Source: Malacoraja senta
Taxonomy: Eukaryota
Direction of reading: 5' to 3'
Length of the DNA stretch: 64,000 nucleotides
Assembly: GCA_038087875.1 (NCBI GenBank)
Contig: CM076001.1
Location: 188,001-252,000 of the forward strand
This document shows, piece by piece, positions 52,406 through 64,000 of this stretch. How positions within the stretch are numbered: the stretch's first letter is position 1; each line of letters begins with the position of its first letter. The notes beneath the pieces were generated by a model. It searched no databases. It saw nothing but the letters and a program-made list of their open reading frames with translations, and was not told the DNA's origin. The position numbers and the translations under genes were made by a program.

Positions 52406-52503
52406 GTCTGAAAAAGGGTCTCGACCCGAAACGTTACCCATTCCTTCGCTCCAGAGATGCTGCCTGTCCCGCTGAGTTACTCCAGCATTTTGTGTATATC
52501 TTT
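52406..52503 (+). repeat. Penelope-like hammerhead repeat
   Basis: TCTGAAAAAGGGTCTCGACCCGAAACGTTACC. Another copy lies at ~51934-52020. Confidence 0.78.
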
Positions 52504-52805
52504 AGCCTAGACGGTCGCTGTTTTTATATGAATCTCCATTAGGTGCTTGTTTTGTATGCATTGCATCTACAGGAGAGGGCAATCGTGTGCTGTGTTTTAT
52601 AACAGGGCAACAATAACTGGGATAGAAGCTTTGTCGTAAACTTTGTAAATACAGGAAATCTCCAACAGTCCAGCATTCTTACACTGGCAGAATTTTTGGA
52701 CCATTTGATGTTATTTCCCATTAATGTCCTAACACATTTAATTCACTTAAAAATAATTATTCAATCTTACAAATAAATCAACCAGCCTTCAACACATACC
52801 TTCAA

Positions 52806-53765
52806 GGTCAGCAGAGGAGTGGCAGGTGAAGGAGTGAGTGCAGGGATTTGCTGAGAAGGTGAGCGGCCTTGTCGAGGGAAGTGCCTTGTGAGAAAAGTGC
52901 TAGTCTTTGGCTCGAGAGTCTTCGGCAAGGAGGCTGAGGGAGGAGACTACGCCAAAAGTTCGAGAGGGCGAGACGCAGTGAAGAAATGACAGGTAAGCTG
53001 ATTCAGTGTGATGCTTGCAGGATTTGGGAGGTCAGGGATACTGATGGTGCCTCTGGCTACTACAATTCAAGGATGGTGTGTTGCATCCCTGGTGCCAGGA
53101 TCCAGGACATCACGGACCGATTGCAGGGCATCCTCAAGGGTAAAGGTGAGCAGCCGGAAGTGGTAGTGCATGTCTGCACAAATGACATCGGGAAGAAGAG
53201 GAAAGACATTCTGCAGCGTGACTTCGGAGAACTCGGAAGAAGGCAGAAAAGCAGGACCTCCAGGGTGGTTATCTCCGGTTTGCTTCCAGTTCCTCGTGCT
53301 GGTGAGGACAGGAACAGGGAGATAGGGGATCTGAATGGGGCTGAGGAGCTGGTGCAGGAAGCAGGGATTTGTATTCTGAGATCTCTGGTATCTGTTTTGG
53401 GGTAAGGGTGAATTGTACAAAAGGGACGGCTTGCACCTTAACAGGCGGGGGACCGGCATTCTGGCAGGCAGGTTTGCCACTGCTACACAGGTGGGTTTAA
53501 ACTAAATAGTGAGGGGGGGAGGAGACAAATTGGAAATACAAGGATGAAGTTAAAGGGAAAGAGAATATTGGAAAAGTTAGGAAAGATACCAGAATTAACG
53601 GGGCAGAAAGCTCACGAAGGTGTGTATGGCCAAGTGAAATAGGAATCGATGTGAAAGGGGAGTTGAGTAATGGATTAAAAGTATTATATATGAATATGTG
53701 AAGTATAAGAAGTATAGTGGATGAGCTTGAGACTCAGTCAGAGATTGGTAGATATGACATTGCAG
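52806..53765 (+). mobile_element. CR1 LINE 5' fragment (ORF1 zinc-finger start and esterase), followed by a CR1 3' end at ~53960-54210
   Basis: IQCDACRIWE and VCCIPGARIQD..VVVHVCTND. Homologous to 45345-46070. Confidence 0.85.
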
Positions 53766-54358
53766 GCCCGTACGAAGCTTTCCAAAAAGGGGGGTGGCAT
53801 GACAGGATTACAAAAAATTTAATGTGAAATAATGTGCGCACTGCGTGAAGTCCCTCGATGCGGGCCCTGGACGCTCTGGGGTTTTTGATGCTCTCTGATG
53901 CATTCTGAGCCTTATTTTGGAGAATTTTTGCACCAAATGTATGACCAATATTTCAGAAATTAACAGGAATCTGAGAGGTAGCTTTTTCACACAAAGGGCG
54001 CTGGGTGTATGGAACGAGCTGCCAGAGGAGGTAGTTAAGGCTGGGACTATCCTAATGTTTAAGAGACATTTGGACACGTACATGGATAGGACAGATTTAG
54101 ATGGATATGGGCCAAACACGTGTGAGTGGGACTAGTTTAGATGGGACATGTTGGTCGGTGTGGGCAAGTTGGGCTGAAGGGCCTGTTTCCACACTGCATC
54201 ATTCTATGACTAAAAAGTTAAGAAGAAAAATGCATGTAGATAAGTAGAGCAGATTTGAAAGAGGAGTGAAATGTAAAGGCAGAGAGAGATTTATGGGACA
54301 TAGGAACATAGGAAAGGAGGGGGGAGAGTGGGCTTGGGCAGATGGGTGAAGGGAAAAT

Positions 54359-54580
54359 AGACACAAAGCGCTGGAGTAACTCAGTGGGTCAGGCAGCATC
54401 TGCGGAGAATATGAATAGGTGACGTTTCACGGAGTGCTGGAGTAACTCAGCGGGTCAGGCAGCATCTGTGGAGAACATGGATAGATGACATCTCACAGAG
54501 TGCTGGAATAACTCAGTGAGTCAGGGAGCATCTCTGGAGAAAAGGTATAGATTATATTTCGGGTCAAGACCCTTCTTCAG
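54359..54580 (-). repeat. Penelope-like hammerhead repeat with three tandem ~65-bp subunits
   Basis: GCTGGAGTAACTCAG..GCAGCATCT..GACGTTTC repeated three times, ending TTTCGGGTCAAGACCCTTCTTCAG. Confidence 0.8.
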
Positions 54581-57500
54581 GGACTTCCGGTGGCGCCATG
54601 GAGCTGTAAGGGCGCAGCATTGTGCTCCGCTCCCGCTAAAATCGTGAAAAAGCCGTTTTGAAAGACGGGACCGATTTAAAAATACTCATCAGAAATCGCC
54701 GCGAAAAAATGGAGTTTAACGGGAGTTTAAAATGAGTAAAGGGAATCGTCCATGGAGACCCAAGAAAACTGCTACCAGTCTCCATCTTCAGGAACCTGGT
54801 AAAGTTCTGCAAACTCTGCAATCAACAACAGAAAGCTCAGAAGAAGAGCCTGACTCTTAACGTTTTGTGTCTGAAATGGCTTCAAAAGGAGAGATAAAGG
54901 AAAAAGAGAAAGAGATGAAGCAAATGGAACATATGGTAAGAACCAATCTTACTAAGGACTTTTCCCAAATGGTAGCGGACGTGAACACTACATTGGAGAA
55001 TAATCTCTCTAAATTGGAGAATAACCTCTCTAAACAAATTGTTACTGCTTGTGGTGAATTAAAGGAGCTGTACACCTCTTTAAAGAAGCAGTTTAAAGAA
55101 CTCGATAAAAAGTCAACGGCAGAATTTACCAGAATGGAAAAAGACTATAATAAGAAATTTGAGAAAATGTTTGAGAATATGAAAAAGTCTGATAAGTTGA
55201 TGGAAGATATGGAGACTGTAATGAGCGAGATGGCTCAAGAAATAACGAGTCTGAGAAAAGCACAAGAATCTGCTGGGGAGCAACTTGTTAAAATGACTGA
55301 TAAATGTCTGGACTTGGAAGCGAGGTCGAGAAGGCAGAAGTTAAGAATTGTTGGAGTACAGGAGGGATGAGAGCGTGGAACTCAAACACATGATTTCGTT
55401 GCCAACTTACTTAAAGAAGTTTTTAAACTGCCGGAAAACCCGAGAATAGATGTGGCTCACCGGGTAGGACGTTTCCAAACAGGACCAAATGCCTCCCCAA
55501 GACAGATGATAGTGAAATTTCTCGACATCTCTGCACTGGAAAATATATTGAAGATGATTCCTCACGGAGCGGATCTGAAATTTGCTGGGGATAATCTTAG
55601 ATTCTTCCGTGATAATCCCCCTGAAATCATCAGAAAAAGGAGCTTGTTCACAAAGACAAGAAATATTCTGAAAGGAATCCCCAAGGTGAGATATGGGGTG
55701 ATATATCCTGCAAAAATGAAGATTACTTATAATTCTACTGAACGCTCCTTTACGGATCCAGAACTGGCATTTAAATATGCACAAGATATCGCAAAGGAAC
55801 AAGATTGATTACCAGAAGTCTACAGAGGAGAATGCTGAAGATCAGACTTTTTAATAAAAGATTCTGTTCTAATTAAGATGGCGGAACTCTTTTCCAGACA
55901 GTTACCAGACATGCTTATCTGTCTGGAATGTGTTTTCGAGCGTAGAGTCCATGTTTCACCTTGAATGGAAAACCTAAAGATAAACAAAATGAAGTCGAAG
56001 ATACAGAATTAAAATTGAGGGACACGGAAAGAAACATAAACGGACTGGAATATAAAAATCTGTTGATTTAAGAAAATCTTTAATTATCATATATTAATAT
56101 TAAATAATCAATTAATCTAACTAACTTAATAATACTAATCTTCTTTTAATGAATTCTGTGAATATGACTAACCCACGGAGCGGGGGGGATAAAGGGAGCT
56201 TAGTCCACGATGTTAAATAATATTAACCGAGTTTAAAGGTAATGAACTAAAATTGATGATATATACTAAAATACAGTAATTAACTAAAATGTCCATAACA
56301 ATACTAACATAATATAACCGTGTGTGAAGGAGGGACGAGCATCATACACTTGGAAAAGACCCAGATGCTTGGCTCTGTCTAACCCCTTGGAACCTGCTTG
56401 TACTTAAGATAAAGACTGGGATATAATGTAATAACTTCGGGTGTATAATGTATAATTTACATATGGTAAAGTTTAGAACAGATTTAATGCTAGACTAATT
56501 GGAAATGCATATACATATAGAATTGAATGTCTGTTTTTTTGTTTTTTTTCCCCCTCTCTTTCTGAAGTCTTTTTTTCTGTTTTTACCTGCTCTGGTTGGA
56601 TAAATTTTAATAATATGAAACGGCCCGCAGCCTTTCACGATACTCGGTCAAGGGGACGGAGCTCAATGTACAATAACAACAACGGAAGTCTACAAATTTT
56701 CCCCCACCTTTTCGTTTTTAAGGTATCTTCTCTTAGATACCTTAACATCACCTTTTTTTTAAAATCACTACCACGATTCTTATTTTTTATTTTTTTAAAT
56801 TAATATCACAACACATTCTTTCTTTTTTTTCTTATCAAGGTATAATAGAGGAAGGAGATGCAAAACAAATCTAAAAGTTCGGGACGACCACCCAACACCC
56901 AGAGTTCTGGGGTATTTGGTTGCACCATATGAATAAAAAATATCAAACTGATCTATAATGCAAGACGATAGACAAATAAAGAACAGAGGAATTATGTGCT
57001 GCAGCTAGAATATAAGGGGTGCCAATGAACCAATTAAGAGGGGCAAGATTTTTGCCCAATTAAATTCATTCGATTCTGACATAATTTTTTTGCAGGAAAC
57101 ACATATGAAACAACAAACACAGAAGAGATTGAAGGCAAATTGGATAGGTCAAACATATTCTTCTTCAGTTACTTCTAAATCTAGAGGTACAGCTATTATC
57201 ATTCGAAAAGGTATACCATTTAAATTAAAGAATACTATATCAGATAAAGAGGGAAGTTATACTATAGTTTTGGGAGAAATTTACTCCACCCCATTGACTA
57301 TGATAAATATTTACGCTCCGAATTTTGATAACCCCCAATTTTTAAATAAAATTCTGGATATAATATCAGAGTTTAATTACCAAAATGCAATAATAAGGGC
57401 AGACTTCAATTGCGTTTTAAACCCATATTTAGACAAATCAGTAAAACAAAGGAGGGGTAACTTAAAATCTAAGACTAGTGAACTTCTAAACACATATATA

Positions 57501-60500
57501 CAAAATAATAATATAACAGACGTATGCTAACCCAACTGGAAGGGAATATTCGTTTTACTCATCGGTACATAAAACTTATTCACGAATTGATTATTTCTTA
57601 GTGGATATAAAATTAATTCCATATACAATTGATCCTAAATACCACAACAGTATTATTTCCGATCATTCCCCGTTGACTTTTCTATTAAACTTTGAGGGAA
57701 TGCCGGGTAAAAAATCTTTCTGGAGGTTTAACGCCCAAATCTTAAACAACCCACAAGGTTATATATATCTAAAACAACAAATGTTTTTTTTTTTGAGACA
57801 AATGAGACACCAGGTATTTCACCTTATTTATTTTTGGAAACTTTCAAGGCATTTATCAGAGGAGTTATAATCTCATATCAAATTTTCCAAAATAAAAAGA
57901 ATAAGACGGAACAACTGAAGTTAGAACAAGAAATCAGACAGTTAGAGTTAGATAATGCCAGAGATCCAACTACAGATAAACATAATAAGATAATACTATT
58001 GAAATTTAAACGTAATCGAATTTTATCGACAAGAGTAGTAAGATTATTCCAAATTACAAAACAGGAACATTTTGAATTTGGTGATAAGCTACATAAACAT
58101 TTAGCTCATCAATTGAAAAAACAAGAAAAGGAAAATACTATCACTAAAATTAAATCAGAGAAAGGTTCATTACTAACATTACCTAAGGATATTAACAAAC
58201 GATTTGCTCAATTTTATCAAAATTTATATACATCTAAAACTAAAATAGAAGATAGCAAAATTATGAATTTTTTAGATAACTGTAATCTTGCAAAACTTGA
58301 CCTCTCAGAACAAGAGGAATTAGGAGCTCAGATTACACTTGAAGAAATAGGAGAAACAATAAAATCGCTGAAAAATGGTAAGACGCCAGGACCAGATGGT
58401 TTTAGCAATGAATTTTACAAAAGATTTCATGAGATAACGGCTCCACGTTTACTTAAACTATATACTCACGCCTTTAAAGAAAATAAACTACCAGAAACAT
58501 TAGCTGAATCAACTATTACGCTTATACCAAGACAAGATAAAGATTTAGAAGAACCAGGCTCATATAGATACATAGATACATAGAAAATAGGTGCAGGAGT
58601 AGGCCATTCGGCCCTTCGAGCCTGCACCGCCATTCAATATGATCATGGCTGATCATCCAACTCAGTATCCCGTACCTGCCTTCTCTCCATACCCCCTGAT
58701 CCCTTTAGCCACAAGGGCCACATCTAACTCCCTCTTAAATATAGCCAATGAACTGGCCTCAACTACCCTCTGTGGCAGAGAGTTCCAGAGATTCACCACT
58801 CTCTGTGTGAAAAAGTTTTTCCTCATCTCGGTCTTAAAGGATTTCCCCCTTATCCTTAAGCTGTGACCCCTTGTCCTGGACTTCCCCAACATCGGGAACA
58901 ATCTTCCTGCATCTAGCCTGTCCAACCCCATAAGAATTTTGTACATTTCTATAGAGCTTTATCACTTTTAAATACAGATCGGAAAATGTTAGCAAAGACC
59001 TTAGCAAGAAGATTGAGTAAATACATTAGTAAATTGATAAATTCAGATCAAACGGGGTTTATACCCAAAAGACATTCATTTAATAATTTGAGACGCCTGT
59101 TTAATATAATGTACTCACATAAAACAGAAGAAGATATATCAATCGTTTCTCTGGACGCAGAGAAAGCATTTGATCAGGTAGTGGCAGTATTTATATAAAG
59201 TACTGCAAAAATTTAATATGCAAGAGAATTTTATTGTATGGGTAAAATTATTATATGACAAACCGACGGCAAGAATATTAACTATTAACATGTTATCTCC
59301 AAATTTTCAATTATCGAGGGGCAATAGGCAGGGATGTGCATTATCACCCTTGCTATTTGCCCTTATGATAGAGCCCTTAGCTGAAAGTATAAGAATTCAT
59401 CCGAATATTCGGGGATATAATACTAAGGACTCAAATAATAACATTTCATTATACGCAGACGATATACTTCTATACATTACAAATTCACAAACGAGCATAC
59501 CAAACTTATTAAATTTAATAGAGGAATTCGGTTCTTTTTCAGGATACAGAATAAACTGGAATAAAAGTGAAATCATGACGTTAAAACCTATTAAAATTCC
59601 CCTTTAAGATTGCAACAGAAAAATTTAAGTATTTGGGTATTCAAATTACTAGAAAATACAAATCATTATTTAATGCTAGTTTTATGCCTTTATTAAATAA
59701 ATTGAACGCGTTGATTAAATTCTGGAAAACACTCCCGTTGTCATTAATAGGCAGAATAAACGCTATAAAAATGATCTTTTTACCACAAATATTATACCTA
59801 TTTCAATCTATACCATTATACATACCAAAAAACTTCTTCAAAAAACTAGACTCTAACATTACCAACTTTATTTGGGACTATAGATCACATAGAATTCAAA
59901 GAAAACACCTGTGTAAACCCAAAGACGCTGGGGGACTTTCACTTCCGAACTTTTTGTATTATTACTGGGCAGTGCATATTAAGAATATAATTTATTGGTT
60001 GGACAGCCCTACCCAACAGACAGAATGGATAAGAATGGAGAAAGAGGATTGTTCTCCTTGTAATATAGGAGCGATCCTCTTCTCCCCGATAAAACTGAAC
60101 AACACAATATATAAGAATAATCCAATTATCCACAATACAATAAGAATTTGGAAACAAATATAATGAACTTTAAAATTAAGAAACCTATCATTGTTAACGC
60201 CAATAGTGAATAATCCTTCATTTAAACCATCTCTTATGATAAAACATATAACCAATGGGAAAGAATGGGAATTAAAAGGATCGGCGATATGTATGAAATG
60301 GGAAATCTGTTATCATTCCAACAATTACAATTAAAATTTAAGCTGAAAAATAACCAATATTTTAAATACCTTCAGATCTGCGACTTCATGAAGAAATACA
60401 TACAAAGACATCAAACTATATCTTTTGATCCACTGGAAGAAGCAATGAATATTAAGGCTGACTCACAGAAATTAATATCATATTTATATAATAGTATTTT

Positions 60501-61059
60501 AAACATAGAACTACCATCGACAGAGGCACTTAAAGAAGATTGGGAACGAGAATTAATGATAAAAATCATGAAAGAAACATGGGAAAACATTTGATATATA
60601 TACACAAATGTTCGATTAATGTAAGACATAACTTAATTCAATTTAAAATTCTACATAGATTATATTATTCAAAAACTAGACTGGATAAATGTTATCCAAA
60701 TACCTCTCCCATTTGTGATAAATGTTTATCTCAATATGCCACTATAACACACTCTTTTGTTTCCTGCAAAAAACTTCATAAATTCTGGAGCGATATCTTT
60801 GAAATATTTACAAAATTATTCAAGATAAAAGTGGAGCCTAACACTGAAATGATTATACTTGGAGTAACGGAAGACGGGAACAAATTGAAGACATTTCAAA
60901 ATTCATTTTTTAATTATGGGTTAATAACGGCAAAAAAACATACTTAAATTTTGGAAAAATACCACCATACCAACGCTTAAAATGTGGATTTCAAACATGT
61001 TGGACACCGCACATTTTTAAGAAATGCGATTCCTCCAAACAGACAAAACAGACCAATTC
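54581..61059 (+). mobile_element. Near full-length L1 LINE (second lineage), decayed, 3' end interrupted by another L1
   Basis: GGACTTCCGG 5' end, ORF1 (~54733-55808, DLEARSRRQKLRIVGV, AHRVG), ORF2 (~56958-61059) APE/RT/CCHC fragments. Confidence 0.92.
58569..58949 (-). mobile_element. CR1 3' fragment inserted in L1 ORF2
   Basis: RTRGHSLRIRG..FFTQRVVNLWNSLP, TATAGA duplication (58563-58568 / 58950-58955). Confidence 0.9.
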
Positions 61060-64000
61060 TTTTTTTTTAATTTTTTTTAAATTTTTAATAGAAGCAAACA
61101 TATTATAAAGTATAGTTACATATTATAGTAAAAAAAACTTTTCATATACATCAATCATACATTATTAAAATTTTCAACTGTCGATTAATTCTGCTTCTAG
61201 TGGGGTTTTTTTAATAGATAGAAAGTGAGAGAAAGAGAGAAAAAAGAATTACAAATATAAAAAAAGAGAAAAGGTGGAATGAATTACTTATAATACGTCA
61301 TTGGAGATAAGTTCGTAGATTATGAAGTATAATTTTTCATCTAACCCTGAATTCAAGCTTCAGTTGGGTTTTTGTGCTGGGCTAATCTATCCCTTCAAAT
61401 AGTTAATGAATGGAGCCCATATTTTAACAAAAAGATCTTGTTTGTCCATTAAGACAAGTCTAATTCTTTCTAGATGTAGGGTCTCCGACATTTCCACAAT
61501 CCACATTTTAATTGTGGGGGTTATAGGGCCTTTCCAAAATTGTAATATTAATTTTTTCCCAGTTATTATACCGTAGTCGAGGAAGTTTCTTTGGCTTGTT
61601 GTGAGTGTTAAACTTTGTTCTGATATCCCAAGTATTATTAATTGTCAGTCTGGATCCAATTTAGTATTAACAACTTCAGAAATTATATCAAAAATATCAG
61701 TCCAGAAATTTTTAATTTTTGTACAATTTGCAAAAGTATGTGTTAAATTGGCCTCTAGATGCAGACATTTATCACAAATAGGAGAAATATGTGGGAAGAT
61801 TCTATTTAGTTTTATTTTGGAGTAATGTAATCTGTGTAAGACTTTAAATTGTATTAAAGCATGTCTGCCATTTAACGAGCAATGATGTATATGTTGTAAA
61901 CTTTTGTCCCAAATATCTTTCTTTATAGGATGACCTAACTCATTTTCCCATGTGTGTAGCTATATAGTTCCATCGGTGGTACCTCGTTGTTTAAGAGGGT
62001 GTTATAAATATAAGCTATTAATTTTTCAGTGTTGGGATGCTTATTCAAACATTCATCAAGAATTTCTGGTTCCCTAGTCCTATAAACTTGTGTATTAGAT
62101 TTAACATAATCTCTAACTTGTAGATATCTGAAGAAACTATTTGAGTGCAGTCCATGATTCTGTTGTAACTCTTGAAATGAAAGAAAGATACCTTTCCTAT
62201 AAAGATGTCCAATCTTTTTAATTCCATAATTTTTCCATTGTGTGAAACCTTTATCCAATATGGATGGCTTGAATAAAGGATTATTTACAATGGGAAGACA
62301 TAGTGGTATGTTATTCAATTTTAAAGCTTTTTAAATTGTTTCCAAATTCGTATTCCACTATGTATTATAGGGTTTTCGTTATAAGTCTTTTTATGCAGTT
62401 TTGTGGGAGCAAATATAATCGAACCAATTTCAAAAGGTAAACAGTCTTCCTTTTCCATCCTTAACTAATCTGGTTGTTGATCCATTTCTTCCAGCCAGAA
62501 ATTTATGTTTTTAATATGGACTGCCCAGAAATAAAATAAGAAATTTGGCAAGGCCAAACCTCCATTGCTCTTTGACTTACATAAATGTTTTTTACTTATT
62601 CTATGATTCTTGTAATCCCAAATAAAGCTTGTAACAATGGAATCGACTTTTTTGGAGAAAAAAATTGGGATATATATCAGAATTAATTGAAATAAGTACA
62701 GTAGATGCGGTAAGAAGATCATTTTTATAGCATTAATTCTACCAAGCATTGAAATGGGTAGTGTTTTCCAGTACTGAATATTCTTGTGTAATTTATTCAG
62801 TAAGGGTGGAAAATTTAGTTTAAATAAAGAGGTATATGTCTTAGTTACGTAGATTCCTAAATATTTAAGTTTATCTTTAACTATTTTAAAAGGGGATTGT
62901 TGTAATGTATGTAAATTGAATTTTGTTATTGGCATGATTTCACTTTTATTCCAGTTAATTCTATATCCTGAAAACTGACCAAATTGAGTTATTAGATTTA
63001 ATAGATTTGGAATACTAGTTTCTAACTTTGTAATATATATTAGTACATCATCTGCATATAAAGAAATTTTATTCCTTGTGTCTCTAGTGTTGTACCCATG
63101 TATTCCTGGATGGGTTCTAATGCTTTCTGCTAATGGTTCAATTGCAAAAGCAAATAATAGTGGGGATAGTGAACATCCTGTCTGCAACCTCTAGAAAGAT
63201 TAAATTTAGATGATAACATTTGGTTTGTTAATATTCTAGCTGTTGGGTTAGAGTATAACAATTTAACCCATGTACAGTACTTCTCTCCCAGTTGGAATTT
63301 TTCCATCACCGAAAATAAATATGACCATTCTACCTGGTCAAATGCTTTTTCAGCATCTAACGAAATAATTGCTAGATCTGCATTAGGAATTCTATTTGTG
63401 TATATAATATTGAATAGTCTTCTCAGATTATAAAATGAGTAACGTTTTCGAATAAAACATGTTTGGTTGGGGTGTATTAATTTGTTAATCACTAAGCTCA
63501 ATCTATGAGATAGGATTTTGTTTAATATTTTCTGATCAGTATTTAAGAGAGCTATTGCTCTATATGAACCTGGGTCTTCAAGATCCTTATCCGTTTTTGG
63601 TATGTATGATTGTAGATTAATTTAGAGTTTCTGGGAGTTTCTGTTGAGTGTAAACGTATTTGTACAGTGTCTGTAGGCGTGGAGAAATCAGATCATAAAT
63701 TTTTAAATAAAATTCAGAGCTTAGACCATCAGGACCTGCGGCCTTTCCATTTTTTAAAGATCTAATTGACTCTTCGATGTCTTTTACCATAATTTCAGCA
63801 TCTAGTGATTCTCTCTCTTTCTGATCTAATCCCGTAAGATTACATTTCTGTAGAAATGTTTCCATTCCTGCTGTTTGTTCTGTCGTTTTAGATGAGTAGT
63901 TGTTGATAGTATTGTAAAAATCTATCATTAATATCTTTAGGCAGTGTTAATGTTTCTCACTTGTCTGATCTAATTTTGTAAATTGTTTTTTCCCCGTCCA
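61060..64000 (-). mobile_element. L1 LINE (third lineage), ORF2 3' half, runs off the window
   Basis: Poly-T at 61060, SLKNGKAAGPDG, DAEKAFDQVEW, LYADDVL. 3' UTR homologous to 14102-14383. Confidence 0.92.

Overview
This 64 kb window is eukaryotic, repeat-dominated intronic or intergenic DNA, most likely from a cartilaginous fish (skate/ray-like), judged from HE1-type V-SINEs, elasmobranch-type CR1 LINEs and fish-type L1s. I found no convincing host protein-coding gene. Nearly all ORFs in the track are transposon fragments or antisense noise. The window holds deeply nested mobile elements: two decayed Gypsy LTR retrotransposons (one CsRN1-like, one Mag-like with a tRNA-Leu PBS), a non-autonomous LTR element, five L1 copies from several lineages (two near full length), many CR1 fragments, a hAT (Buster/Charlie-type) element, three PIF/Harbinger elements, Rex1/Babar remnants and about 9 HE1-like SINEs. 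Four observations stand out. (1) A dispersed family of about 100-250 bp Penelope-like repeats carries a minimal hammerhead-ribozyme motif and long TSDs, and at least six unrelated elements have inserted into or beside these repeats. (2) A Harbinger element appears to carry captured host sequence with splice donors (Pack-type). (3) A non-autonomous LTR element has four tandem PPT+LTR-start units. (4) Two Gypsy elements have non-canonical TG..AA LTR ends. Coordinates were read by eye and may be off by a few bases, and no database searches were run.
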